Notes: generated from the sequence alone by a model not told the origin. DNA of 64,000 nucleotides from an uncultured Candidatus Rokubacteria bacterium (GCA_963804185.1 CAWDPM010000005.1:298769-362768); one strand, 5' to 3'. Positions 1 through 9,260 are shown, counted from the first letter of the stretch. Translations and numbers: made by a program.

Positions 1-1471
1 CGGAGAGCCCCTTCACCTGCAGGGCGACCGGGGGTCCGACCCTCGCGAGTCCCCCGAGCTCGGCCAGGGTTCGTGCGGTCAGAAGGATTTGGCCGCCGAC
101 CGTCGCGCTCTCGACCCGGCTCGCCACGTTGACCGCGCTGCCCACCACAGCGTACTTGGCCCGCTGCTCGGAGCCGATGTTCCCCACCACCGCCTCACCC
201 GTGTGGAGCCCGATGCCCATCTCGAACGCGGGCAGTCCACGCCGGGCGTGCTCTGCGTTGATATCGATCAGGGCCGCTTGCATCGCCAGCGCGGTGGCGG
301 CCGCCCGCTCCGCGTGGTCCAGATGAGCCACCGGCGCGCCGTAGACCGCGAAGATCGCGTCGCCGATGAACTCGTTGATCGTCCCCCCGTGGGCGATGAC
401 GACTTCAGCCATCCGCGCAAGGTAGCCGTTGAGGATCTCCATCACCTCCTCCGGGTCGCCCTGCTCCGCGAATCGCGTGTAGCCCCGGAGGTCGGACATG
501 AGCACCGTCACGACCCGCTTCGCGCCGCCGAAGCGGAGGCCCTCCGGCGACTCCAGGATCGCCTGGGCCACCTCCGGCGATACGTACCGCCCGAATGCGG
601 AACGGATGAAGTCGCGCTGGCGGAGACCGTCGAGCATCGCGTTGAATGCCTGGGTGAGCCGACCCACCTCGTCCCGCGAGGTCACCGGAAGGGGCCGGGA
701 GAGGTCGCCGGCCGCGACGCGCGACACGCCTCCCGTGAGAAGCGCAATGGGCCGGGTGAGGCGACGGAGGGCCAGGAGCCCGAGCACGAGCGTGGCGAAC
801 GAGCCGACCGCCGTCGCGAACAGCAGGGTGTTCCGCAGCTCGTGGAGCCGGTCGAGGTAGATCTCGACCGGGTAGGCCACGTGGAGGAGGGCGCCGGGGC
901 GTCCATCGGGGTCGAGGATCGGTGCGAAGGCCGAGATCCAGAGCCCGCCCTGATGCCGATACACGCGCGTGTAGCGGGCCACGCCGTCGCCGAGCGTCCA
1001 GCCCATCGGCTCGATCAGCTCCGGAGCCAGGGGGTACGAGTCGCCAGGACGCCCCGGTCCGCTACTGGCGATGACCAGGCGGGCTGTCCGCGCGTCCGGC
1101 AGGACGGCGGCGAGCGTGGTGATCGGGCTCGTCAGAAGGGTCTCGTTCTGGATCGCGGCGAGGGCTTGACGGAGTTTCTGGTACCCTGCGGAGTCCGTGG
1201 ACCGGGTGGCGTCGACCTCCATGAGGAGGCGTGGGTCGAGCTGGAGTGCCGCCACCCGGGCGATGTTGAGCAGCTGCGTGCCGACCGAGTCCTCGACCTC
1301 GCCCCGCTGCCGCGTGTAGGTCAGAAAGCCCACGGCACCCACGGCCAGGAACGTCACGGCCGCGAAGAACACGGCCAGCCGGACGCTCAGCCGTTGCCAT
1401 GGCCGGAGCGGAGGTGCGGCCGCCGACTCGGGTCTCGCGGACGAGCCATTGCCATGCCCCGGGTGGGCCAT
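1..1471 (-). CDS. Class III adenylate/guanylate cyclase with N-terminal periplasmic sensor region, TM segments and HAMP-like linker; C-terminus runs off window start (partial)
   Basis: Minus-strand translation from ATG at 1471 (MAHPGHGNG...), TM helices, HAMP-like AFNAMLDGLRQRD, cyclase motifs VTVLMSDLRGYTRFAE, FIGDAIFAVYGAP, GLHTGEAVVGNIGS. The 606-aa plus-strand ORF 89..1909 is its antisense shadow. Confidence 0.85.
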   Translation of the reverse strand, partial: MAHPGHGNGSSARPESAAAPPLRPWQRLSVRLAVFFAAVTFLAVGAVGFLTYTRQRGEVEDSVGTQLLNIARVAALQLDPRLLMEVDATRSTDSAGYQKLRQALAAIQNETLLTSPITTLAAVLPDARTARLVIASSGPGRPGDSYPLAPELIEPMGWTLGDGVARYTRVYRHQGGLWISAFAPILDPDGRPGALLHVAYPVEIYLDRLHELRNTLLFATAVGSFATLVLGLLALRRLTRPIALLTGGVSRVAAGDLSRPLPVTSRDEVGRLTQAFNAMLDGLRQRDFIRSAFGRYVSPEVAQAILESPEGLRFGGAKRVVTVLMSDLRGYTRFAEQGDPEEVMEILNGYLARMAEVVIAHGGTINEFIGDAIFAVYGAPVAHLDHAERAAATALAMQAALIDINAEHARRGLPAFEMGIGLHTGEAVVGNIGSEQRAKYAVVGSAVNVASRVESATVGGQILLTARTLAELGGLARVGPPVALQVKGLS

Positions 1472-1621
1472 CGACTCCCTAGAATGCGCCGCACCGACGA
1501 TTCGGTCCACTGGCCACGCACCCCTTGGCGGGCCCTGGACTCCGACTCCGAGCATCCCGGCCCTCCGATGAGGTATCCTGTGAGGGATGGAGATCATGGG
1601 CCTGTCTCGAGGAGACAAGCG

Positions 1622-2119
1622 ATGAGGGTCAGACTACGCTTCGCGCCAGTGTTCCTGCTGCTCGTGGCCGCCGCGGTCCTGCCCGAGGCGTCGCGCGAGG
1701 TGAGCGCGCAGCAGCCGACGTTCGACGTCATCAAGGTGGCGCAGCTGGACTACCTGCTCCGGAAGGGCACCAAGATCCAGCTAGTGGACGTCCGGAGCCG
1801 CCAGGAGTACCTGACCCGGCACATCAAGAACGCCGTGTCGATCCCCCTCGACACGATCGAGTCTCGAGCCGGAGAGATCCCTCGGCAGGGACTGGTCGTC
1901 CTCTACTGAGCGTGTCCACATCACCTGGCCAGTTTGGCCTACGGCAAGCTCTACGCGATGGGTTACCGGAACCTGAAGGTGCTGGACGAGGGCATACCCG
2001 GCTGGGTGCAGCAGGGCTTGCCGACTGAGGGCTGGCAGTCACGCGGACCGTTCGTGCCGCACGGTGACGAGACTTACCGCGCGGTGGGAGTGGCCCCTCC
2101 CGCACGCCAGACGCAATGA
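1622..2119 (+). CDS. Secreted single-domain rhodanese-like sulfurtransferase with in-frame TGA (1907-1909) at the catalytic Cys position; candidate selenoprotein or nonsense pseudogene
   Basis: Signal peptide MRVRLRFAPVFLLLVAAAVLPEA. Rhodanese core IQLVDVRSRQEYLTRHIKNAVSIPLD...GLVVLY-[TGA]-ACPHHLASLAYGKLYAMGYRNLKVLDEGIPGWVQQGLP continues in the same frame. The terminal TGA overlaps the ATG of the next gene (ATGA). GC3 stays high after the TGA. Confidence 0.55.
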
Positions 2120-2592
2120 GCGCCAATCCCGCTGCGTCCCCAGCCGTCGAGGACCCTCGCGACGCCATCCCTCGGCTGCTGGCGCGCCGGGGATACCGCA
2201 TCACCGCGCCGCGCCGGGCCGTGCTCGGTGCCCTCGCGGCGAGCCAGGAGCCGCGCACCGTGGCGCAGCTACACCACGCCCTCGGCGGAGAACGCGCGAA
2301 CCTCGTGTCCGTCTATCGCACGGTGAAACTCCTCTGTGACGTGGGCCTCGTCCGGGCGACCGATGCCACCCAGGGGCAGCGCCGCTACGAGCTCGCCGAG
2401 CCGTTCATGGCGCACCACCATCACCTGATCTGCCGGCTCTGCGGTCAGATCGAGGACCTTGACGGTTGCCTCCTCGAGGCTGACGTGCTGACCCGGCTCG
2501 GGCGCCGCGTGCGGCAATCTCACCGGTTCCGCGTCACCGATCACGAGCTGCGCTTCTTCGGCGTCTGCCGCCGCTGCGACGACGGCGCCTGA
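2116..2592 (+). CDS. Fur-family metal-dependent transcriptional regulator
   Basis: N-terminal winged-helix region (R-T-R-V-L, VSVYRTVKLLCDVGLV) and C-terminal metal-binding HHHHLICRLCG...C..C motifs typical of Fur/Zur/PerR. Confidence 0.88.
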   Translation: MSANPAASPAVEDPRDAIPRLLARRGYRITAPRRAVLGALAASQEPRTVAQLHHALGGERANLVSVYRTVKLLCDVGLVRATDATQGQRRYELAEPFMAHHHHLICRLCGQIEDLDGCLLEADVLTRLGRRVRQSHRFRVTDHELRFFGVCRRCDDGA

Positions 2593-2599
2593 CCGGCGG

Positions 2600-2665
2600 G
2601 CACCAAGGCCCCGGCGGCCCGGTCCGGTGCTGGGGCCGGAGCCGAGGCCGGACCAGGGGGCCGGG
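2600..2665. terminator. GC-rich imperfect long hairpin between convergent genes; candidate bidirectional terminator
   Basis: ggcccggtccgg...ccggaccagggggccgggcc inverted repeat between the Fur stop (2592) and the OMP stop (2675). No clear U-tract. Confidence 0.3.
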
Positions 2666-2674
2666 CCGCGGGTC

Positions 2675-3472
2675 TCAGAACGACAGCGTCAGACTCGCGT
2701 AGGGCCCGTACAGGTCGACGTTCGCCTCGTCCCTGTCCCTTTCCCCTTCGGCGTGGAAGTAGCGGTAGCCGACTCGGATGGCCAGGAGCGGGATCGGCAA
2801 CCACTCGACCCCGCCTTCCGCATCGATGAAGGTTCCTCCGTCACCGATGGTACCCCCGCTGATGCGGCCGGACAGCGCGAGGGACGAGAGCAGCGGGACC
2901 GGAAACGGATGCAGGATCACGACCAGCCCCAGGGCCGGCAGGGCAGTCTCGAATTCTCCCTTGGCCTCTCCGACGAGCGGGGCCTCGATCGACGCTTCCG
3001 CACCGACGAAGCGCACGCCGATGTTGAGACCGAGGGCCGCCTGCCCCGTGTGGACCACGTCGAAGCCGTAGTCCAGGCCGGCGAAGGCGACATCGGCCTC
3101 GGACGTGACGGGGGTCGCGACGGGATACGTGCGGCCGTCGAAGGTGAACGTGCGATCCGTCTGGCGGCCTCCATCCACGCCGAAGGCGAACCCGTCGATC
3201 CGGAGCGCGTGGCGCTTGGCCAGGCGGAACGTGACGCCCCCCTGGAACACGACGTCCGGGTCGTCGATGCCGACATCGTCGTCGCTGAGCAGGTCCCCCC
3301 CGAGCCCAGCCCGTGATGATCGAACCTCGGCGTCGAGGGTCGGGAACCATGCCCCCCCTTCTACATGGATCGTGGCGTCGTGAAACGCGACGGCCGGACT
3401 TGGCGCCACCGCCAGCGTCACGACGAACGTCGCCCACAACGCGAGCGCCGTCCCGATTGACCCTCGCTTCAT
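2675..3472 (-). CDS. Outer-membrane beta-barrel protein (OmpA/OmpW-like porin family)
   Basis: Start at ATG 3472 gives signal peptide MKRGSIGTALALWATFVVTLAVAPSPAVA. Alternating amphipathic strands throughout. C-terminal LTLSF with terminal Phe, typical of OMP barrels. Confidence 0.7.
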   Translation of the reverse strand: MKRGSIGTALALWATFVVTLAVAPSPAVAFHDATIHVEGGAWFPTLDAEVRSSRAGLGGDLLSDDDVGIDDPDVVFQGGVTFRLAKRHALRIDGFAFGVDGGRQTDRTFTFDGRTYPVATPVTSEADVAFAGLDYGFDVVHTGQAALGLNIGVRFVGAEASIEAPLVGEAKGEFETALPALGLVVILHPFPVPLLSSLALSGRISGGTIGDGGTFIDAEGGVEWLPIPLLAIRVGYRYFHAEGERDRDEANVDLYGPYASLTLSF

Positions 3473-3655
3473 GCCGTGGCCTCCCAGTTCGTGGTGCACT
3501 GACCCAGTGTGCCACCAGGCCCCGCGTTTCGGCGACGAATTGGGCGATGCGTCCGGACGCCAGGACCTAAGGGCCGGTGCGATGCCGTGTCCGCTGGCCG
3601 CCGACAGCCGTCTCGTGCGACCATCTGGCTCGGTGAGATCGTAGCAGTGCATGCC

Positions 3656-4648
3656 ATGATCTTGCGTCGACAGGGGTCCATCAGCTCGCATCCGCTCGAG
3701 CGGGTGGAGCTACCGGATCCGGAGCCAGGCCGAATCGAGATTCGCGTGCGCGTCCGTGCGTGCGCGATCTGTCGAACCGACCTTCACGTCATCGAGGGCG
3801 ACCTACCCCCACGCCGCCTGCCGCTGGTGCCCGGTCACCAGGCGGTCGGCATCGTGGACCGGGTTGGCCCCGGCTGCCGCCGCTTCCATCCGGGGGATCG
3901 CGTCGGCATCGCGTGGCTCCGCGGAACGTGCGGCGCGTGCGGCTTCTGCCGGGCGGGCGCCGAGAACCTCTGCGAGGTCTCGCGATACACGGGCTACGAT
4001 GAGGACGGCGGCTACGCGGAGCTGGCCGTCGTGCCCGAGGCCTTCGCCTATCCGATCCCCGCCGGGTTCTCTGACCTCGAGGCTGCGCCGTTACTCTGCG
4101 CGGGCATCATCGGCTACCGCGCGCTCCGCCGCACGGAACTGACCCACGGCGGCCGGCTCGGACTGTACGGTTTCGGCTCCTCTGCTCACGTGGTCATCCA
4201 GATCGCCAGGCACCGTGGCACCGAGGTCTTCGTGGCGACCCGGAGCGCCCGCCACCGCGACCTCGCAAGCCGGCTCGGGGCTGCGTGGGCCGGCGATGCT
4301 ACCGAGGCGATGCCGGGCCGCCTCGACGCCGCCATAGTGTTCGCCCCGGCCGGGGAGATCGTACCGCCCGCGCTCCGAGCAGTGCGGAATGGCGGCGTCG
4401 TGGTGCTGGCCGGGATCCACATGAGCCCGCTCCCCGCGATGGAGTACGGCCCCCACCTCTTCCACGAGAAGACGCTCCGGAGCGTCGAGGCGAACACCCG
4501 GCGAGACGGCGAAGACCTCCTGCGCGAAGCGGCCGAGTTCCCCATCCGACCCTCCGTGACGGCGTTTCCGCTCGAAGCGGCCAACGAAGCACTGTGCGAG
4601 CTCAAGGGCGACCGCCTTGACGGCACTGGCGTGCTTCTGGTCACGTGA
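3656..4648 (+). CDS. Zinc-dependent alcohol dehydrogenase (MDR superfamily)
   Basis: MILRRQGSISSHPLERVELPDPEPG...CAICRTDLHVIEGDL...PGHQAVGIV, structural zinc ligands CGACGFC, Rossmann fold LYGFGSSAH. The ORF-track start at 3509 is upstream of the likely ATG at 3656. Confidence 0.85.
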   Translation: MILRRQGSISSHPLERVELPDPEPGRIEIRVRVRACAICRTDLHVIEGDLPPRRLPLVPGHQAVGIVDRVGPGCRRFHPGDRVGIAWLRGTCGACGFCRAGAENLCEVSRYTGYDEDGGYAELAVVPEAFAYPIPAGFSDLEAAPLLCAGIIGYRALRRTELTHGGRLGLYGFGSSAHVVIQIARHRGTEVFVATRSARHRDLASRLGAAWAGDATEAMPGRLDAAIVFAPAGEIVPPALRAVRNGGVVVLAGIHMSPLPAMEYGPHLFHEKTLRSVEANTRRDGEDLLREAAEFPIRPSVTAFPLEAANEALCELKGDRLDGTGVLLVT

Positions 4649-4667
4649 ACCGTGGATGGCGCCGCGA

Positions 4668-5351
4668 TCAGGGATGCCGCGTCCACCGCAGCCAGGCGGC
4701 CCGAAGCCACCAGAGCCGCTCCTCCCGACGCTTGAAGCGCGGTGCCCCCCGGTAGGCTCGCACTGCCTCGTCAAGCGCCACGCGGGCCAGATCCGTCTGG
4801 CCGGTAGCCAAGTAGGCGCGAGCCCGCTTGTACTGGCCCTCGACGCTGGACGCATGCAGCTGGCGGAAGCGCTCGAGATGCGCAAGCGCTTCCGCCGGCT
4901 GGTCGTGATCGAGGTAGTAGTCGGCGAGTCTTAGATGCGGTTCTCCGTAGCCGAGGCGCGGATCTCGGGCGAGCGCTTCCTCGATCAGCGGTCGGCCGCC
5001 TGCCGCATCGCCGAGCCGGAGCCGCGCGGCGCCGAGGTAGTAGGCGGTCTCGGCCACTTCCGGTGCCCGGGCTCGAGCGGTCTCCAGGTGGGACAGGGCG
5101 CGGGCCGGCTGTCCGGCCTCGACCAGCAGGCGCCCGAGGTCGGCCTGGGCCGTGGCGTCATGAGGGTTTGTCGCGATGGTCCTGTCGAGCTCCCGGATAC
5201 TCACCCACCGGTTCACGGCGCGCGGGATCCGGAAGAGCCGACCCGACACGTACCCGTACCCGGCCGCCGAGAGGACGAGAACGACCACGAGGGCGACGAT
5301 GGGATTGCCCGTCATCCACGTGAGAACGCCGAAGAGGAACAGCCTCCCCAT
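4668..5351 (-). CDS. Membrane-anchored TPR-repeat protein
   Basis: Start ATG 5351 (MGRLFLFGVLTWMTGNPIVALVVVLVLSAAGY = TM helix), followed by several TPR-like repeats (AQADLGRLLVEAGQPARALSHLETA...). Confidence 0.7.
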   Translation of the reverse strand: MGRLFLFGVLTWMTGNPIVALVVVLVLSAAGYGYVSGRLFRIPRAVNRWVSIRELDRTIATNPHDATAQADLGRLLVEAGQPARALSHLETARARAPEVAETAYYLGAARLRLGDAAGGRPLIEEALARDPRLGYGEPHLRLADYYLDHDQPAEALAHLERFRQLHASSVEGQYKRARAYLATGQTDLARVALDEAVRAYRGAPRFKRREERLWWLRAAWLRWTRHP

Positions 5352-5477
5352 GGACCCAACGATAGGGGTGAGACCACCACGCGGGCAAGCGCGGGGCCCG
5401 CAGCTCGGTGCGCGGCCGTGGGCGGGGCGCGGCTGGGCGCACTGCTTCACCGACCGTACACCGGCCGGATGTCCGCC

Positions 5478-5535
5478 GACCGGCTACTGACCGGCTACCT
5501 ACGTACCGACCGACCTACCGGCCGGCATACCGGCC
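5478..5535. repeat. Array of short direct repeats with about 11-bp periodicity (gaccggctac x2, taccggccgg x2 and variants) in a divergent promoter region
   Basis: gaccggctact|gaccggctacc|tacgtaccgac|cgacctaccgg|ccggcataccg|gccggctaccc, followed by the perfect palindrome cgcgcttttgcgcg. Lies between the TPR gene (minus) and the cyclase-STAND gene (plus). Confidence 0.4.
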
Positions 5536-5668
5536 GGCTACCCTTGACGCGGCGCGCTTTTGCGCGGATCCTCGGAGCCCATCGAGCGGCCCCGACAGGC
5601 GGCACTGGGCAGCCGAGGGGGAGTGACCACGATCGAAGCACCAGGTCGCGCAGACCACGAAAGGTGAC

Positions 5669-8600
5669 ATGGCCGACGAGCGCCGAATCGTGACGGTGCT
5701 GTTCGCGGATGTGACGGGCGCGACGGCGCTCGGCGACGCCCTTGATCCCGAGGACGTTCGCGCCCTTCTGACGCGCTACTACAACATCGCGAGAGAAGTC
5801 GTGAGCGTACACGGCGGCACCCTTGAAAAGTTCATCGGCGACGCCGTGATGGCGGTCTTCGGACTGCCCCAGGCGCACGGTGACGACGCGCAGCGCGCAA
5901 TGTCGGCGGCGATCGAGATCCGAGACAGGGTGCAGGCGGATCGGAAGCTCGGTCCGCGGCTACCCGTGCAAATCGGGGTGAACACCGGTGAAGTGGTCGC
6001 CACGCGAGACAGCGCCGCGAGCGACTTCCTGATCACTGGCGACGCCGTGAACGTCGCCGCGCGCCTGCAGCAGACTGCCGAGCCGTGGACCATCCTTTGC
6101 GGCGAGCGGACTGTCAGGGCGGCTCGAGACCGGTTCACCCTGGGCCCGCCCACCGAGATCGACGTGAAAGGGAAGCGGCTGCCCATCCAGGCGCTGCCCC
6201 TCCTCGGGCGGGCGGCCGCGGCGGAGCTGTCCAGCTTTCCGCTGATCGGCCGGGATGACGACCTCGCGCAGATCGAGCTGGTCGCCCGGCGAGCCTTCAC
6301 CGGTCGCCGCCCCTCTCTCGTCAGCCTCATCGCGCCCGCTGGCACCGGGAAGACCCGTCTGGTCGAGGAGTTTCTGCACAGGCTGGCCGTGCTCGCGCCC
6401 GATGCAACGGTGGCGATCGCCCAGTGTCTCCCCTACGGCCAGCGGGTCACTTATGGACCGCTGCGCACCCTGCTGTTGCGTCTCGTCGGTCTGACGAACG
6501 GGGTGACGCCGGAAGCCGTGCGCGAGGGGATCCGGGCATGGCTCCAGAGCCGCGGCGTGGACTCGCCCGAGCGTGCGGCAGACCTTCTCGCCGCGACGAT
6601 CGGCGCCGGTGAAGCCGAGGTCATCGACCGGGCTGCCCTCTTTGCCGCCTGGCGCACGGCCATCGAGGTGGCGGCGCGGCGGTCTCCGCTCGTTGTGGTG
6701 TTCGAGGACCTGCACTGGTCGAGCGACAGCCTCCTCGATCTCGTGGAATTCATCGTTCAGCCCCGGGGCGATGCCGCGGTGCTGATGATCGCCCTTACCC
6801 GTCCCGAGCTGCTCGATCGACGCCCGGCGTGGGGAGGAGGCCGGCGAAACTACGTCGCCATGTCTCTGGAGCCCCTCAGCGACGACTCGGTCGCGCAACT
6901 GGTCCACCACATGGTGGGGCCGGGGGCCCCCCAGATCGTCCAGCGTGTTGTGGCGCGCGCCGAAGGCAACCCCTTCTTCGCGGGCGAGATTGTCCAGGCC
7001 ATCAGGGAGCGCGTCGGCTCGCTGCGCGACGGCGATGACGTCGAACGCGCGCTCGCGACGCTTCCCGACACGATCCAGGCGACCATCCTGGCGCGGCTCG
7101 ATCTCCTTGCGCCCCCGGAGCGGCGAGTGTTGCAGCTGGGCGCCGTGTTCGGAGGTGCCTTCAGCGCGGCCGGGATCGCAGCCCTGGAGCCGGATCTGGC
7201 GGCCGACAGCGACTCGCTGGTGGATCGGCTCGTCCGGAAGGATCTCATCCGGCTCTCGACCGGGGACACCTTGGCCTTCCGCCACATGCTGATCCGGGAG
7301 GTGGCCTATCAGACGCTGCTTCGGACGGAACGGTCGCGCCTGCATGCGGCGGTTGCGCGCCGGCTCGAGACGCGTGCGGCCGGGCGTGAAGACGCGCTTG
7401 CTGAGCTGATCGCCTATCACTTTCGTGAGGCCGCCACCCTCACGAGCGTGTCCGAGACCGCGCAGCTCGACGCGGTCGAGATCCGGCGGAAAGCGGTGGG
7501 CTGGCTGAACCGCGCCGCCGATGTCGCCGCGGCCGGTGCCGCGACCGCCGAGGCCGCCCGACACCTGCGCGCGGCCATCGAGCTGGCGGCAGCCGACGAT
7601 CTCCCTGAGCTTCAGGAGCGTCTGGGTGACGTGTCAGGGGGAGACGCGGGGGCTGAGGCGTACCGGGTGGCGCTCCGCCTCTGCCGGGAGTCACGCCGTC
7701 CGGTCGACCAGGAGCTGCGCATCCTCGGCAGCCTGCTCGCCCGGTACATGCGCTTTCAGGGGACCGTCGGGAACCGGCCGACCGCGGAGGAGATCGAGCG
7801 TCTCCGCGCCGATGGCCGGGCGCTCCTCTCCCGGGCCCGTGACGAGCGGGCCATCGCGAGCTTCCTGATCGCGGACGGCTTCTATCCGTTCTGGCGAGGG
7901 GCGCAGGCAACCCCGGCGGACACTGCCGAAGCCGCTTTGAGCACTCGACGCGGCCTGGTGATCGCCGAGCGGCTTGACGATCCCCGGCTTCGGAGCGCCG
8001 CGCTCGACGCACTGACCGGCTGTGCGCAAGCGAGCGGGGCGTTTGCACAATCGCGACAGTTCGCCCAGGAGCGTCTTGCCTTCGAGGAGCGCCTCGATCT
8101 CCATGAGCGGCTCGACGCCTACACGATGGTGGCGTGGGCCTCCGCCGCGCTAGGGGACCTCGCCGAGGTGGACCGCGCGACCGCCTCGGCGCTGGGGCTG
8201 TTTCAATCCGGACAGGTCCACTGGTGGGGCCTCCACTCCGCCGCCTGGCGGGCATACGCCCTCACGCTCCTCGGGCGGTGGGACGAGGCGCTGGTCGTCG
8301 CTGAGCACGCGCGCAAGATCTGGGCAGAGGGCGGGCTCATCCCCGCCGCGTACTGCGTCCATGGCTTTATCGCCGCCCTGGATGTCGGACGGGCCCGGCA
8401 CGACGGCCAGCTCGTCGACCAGTATCGCGCAGTGCTCGACGAGATTCTGAAGCACTTCGCCGCGGACTCCCTCTTCGGGCGATTGCGACCCTACGGCCGC
8501 GGCGATCTCGAGGCCTTGGAGGCAGAGGTCGTCCACGGCTTCGCCACGATTCCGCGCGCTCGGCAGCAGCTTGTCGAGCGCACGCTGTCCTTGTGCGCTG

Positions 8601-8923
8601 ACCTGGACCGATCACTCTCCGTCGAGGCGCTCCGGCCGATCGTGGAATGTGCCGCCGCCGACGGCTTGCGGCTGCTGGAGGGCCAGGCGCGACGGGCGCT
8701 CGGCATTGCGGTGCGCGACCCTGCCGAGCTCGCGCGCGCCCTCGAGATCTTCGAGAAAGCGGGTGCGGCGCCCTATGCCGCGCGCGTCCGCTGCGAGCGG
8801 GCGCTCCTCACCAGCGATCGGAGCGAGCTCGAGGCTGGCATGCGCGTCCTCGAGTCACTGGGGGATCTCGACCAGCTCGCCCGGGTGGCGCGGGCCCGCG
8901 GCAAAGGCCTCGGCTCGCCGTGA
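5669..8923 (+). CDS. Adenylate cyclase / STAND (AAA) ATPase / TPR multidomain protein, 1084 aa, no C-terminal HTH
   Basis: N-terminal class III cyclase (VTVLFADVTGAT, FIGDAVMAVFGLP, GVNTGEVVA), P-loop APAGTGKTRL, Walker B VVVFEDLHWSS, long TPR/alpha-solenoid C-terminus. The 534-aa minus ORF inside it is antisense shadow. Confidence 0.9.
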   Translation: MADERRIVTVLFADVTGATALGDALDPEDVRALLTRYYNIAREVVSVHGGTLEKFIGDAVMAVFGLPQAHGDDAQRAMSAAIEIRDRVQADRKLGPRLPVQIGVNTGEVVATRDSAASDFLITGDAVNVAARLQQTAEPWTILCGERTVRAARDRFTLGPPTEIDVKGKRLPIQALPLLGRAAAAELSSFPLIGRDDDLAQIELVARRAFTGRRPSLVSLIAPAGTGKTRLVEEFLHRLAVLAPDATVAIAQCLPYGQRVTYGPLRTLLLRLVGLTNGVTPEAVREGIRAWLQSRGVDSPERAADLLAATIGAGEAEVIDRAALFAAWRTAIEVAARRSPLVVVFEDLHWSSDSLLDLVEFIVQPRGDAAVLMIALTRPELLDRRPAWGGGRRNYVAMSLEPLSDDSVAQLVHHMVGPGAPQIVQRVVARAEGNPFFAGEIVQAIRERVGSLRDGDDVERALATLPDTIQATILARLDLLAPPERRVLQLGAVFGGAFSAAGIAALEPDLAADSDSLVDRLVRKDLIRLSTGDTLAFRHMLIREVAYQTLLRTERSRLHAAVARRLETRAAGREDALAELIAYHFREAATLTSVSETAQLDAVEIRRKAVGWLNRAADVAAAGAATAEAARHLRAAIELAAADDLPELQERLGDVSGGDAGAEAYRVALRLCRESRRPVDQELRILGSLLARYMRFQGTVGNRPTAEEIERLRADGRALLSRARDERAIASFLIADGFYPFWRGAQATPADTAEAALSTRRGLVIAERLDDPRLRSAALDALTGCAQASGAFAQSRQFAQERLAFEERLDLHERLDAYTMVAWASAALGDLAEVDRATASALGLFQSGQVHWWGLHSAAWRAYALTLLGRWDEALVVAEHARKIWAEGGLIPAAYCVHGFIAALDVGRARHDGQLVDQYRAVLDEILKHFAADSLFGRLRPYGRGDLEALEAEVVHGFATIPRARQQLVERTLSLCADLDRSLSVEALRPIVECAAADGLRLLEGQARRALGIAVRDPAELARALEIFEKAGAAPYAARVRCERALLTSDRSELEAGMRVLESLGDLDQLARVARARGKGLGSP

Positions 8924-8965
8924 TACCGATGCCACCCTGCCCCGCGCTGGCTGCCAACTGGACGA

Positions 8966-9001
8966 ACGGAGCGAGCTGGTGCGCTCCGTCAACTGGCTTT
9001 T
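8966..9001 (+). terminator. Candidate rho-independent terminator downstream of the cyclase-STAND gene
   Basis: 8-bp stem acggagcg/cgctccgt with 8-nt loop, T-run cttttc about 7 nt downstream. The spacing is suboptimal. Confidence 0.3.
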
Positions 9002-9260
9002 CGCCGACGCCGGCCAGCGCCGTGACCAAGCCGCTGGGGTAACGCTCCAGTGAATCCCCATATGGGTCGTAGGAAGGGTTCCCCCGGGGAGCACCAGGCC
9101 GGCGACGCGAGGCTGGCGCAGAATGCGCTCAAGCACTGGACCGACTCGGCGAGGAACAGGGCCTGCCCGTAGTGCGGGAAATTGACGAGCGGCAGGTCGC
9201 CCGAGTGAACGACCTCCACGCCGAAGTGCACGAGCGCCGGGCGTGAATGCCCGCACAGGG
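8990..9260 (-). pseudogene. Possible remnant of a YfcE/MJ0936-type metallophosphoesterase C-terminus
   Basis: Minus frame reads ...LVALCGHSRPALVHFGVEVVHSGDLPLVNFPHYGQALFL, resembling the GHTHrp...LVNPGSvG end of calcineurin-like phosphoesterases. No intact N-terminal half in any frame. Confidence 0.25.

Noticed and set aside
89-1909. 606-aa plus-strand ORF
   Set aside because: Antisense shadow of the minus-strand adenylate cyclase gene. No domain content. Only its last 96 codons (1622..1909) are the real rhodanese N-terminus.
5960-7564. 534-aa minus-strand ORF
   Set aside because: Antisense to the 1084-aa cyclase-STAND gene. Low-complexity composition.
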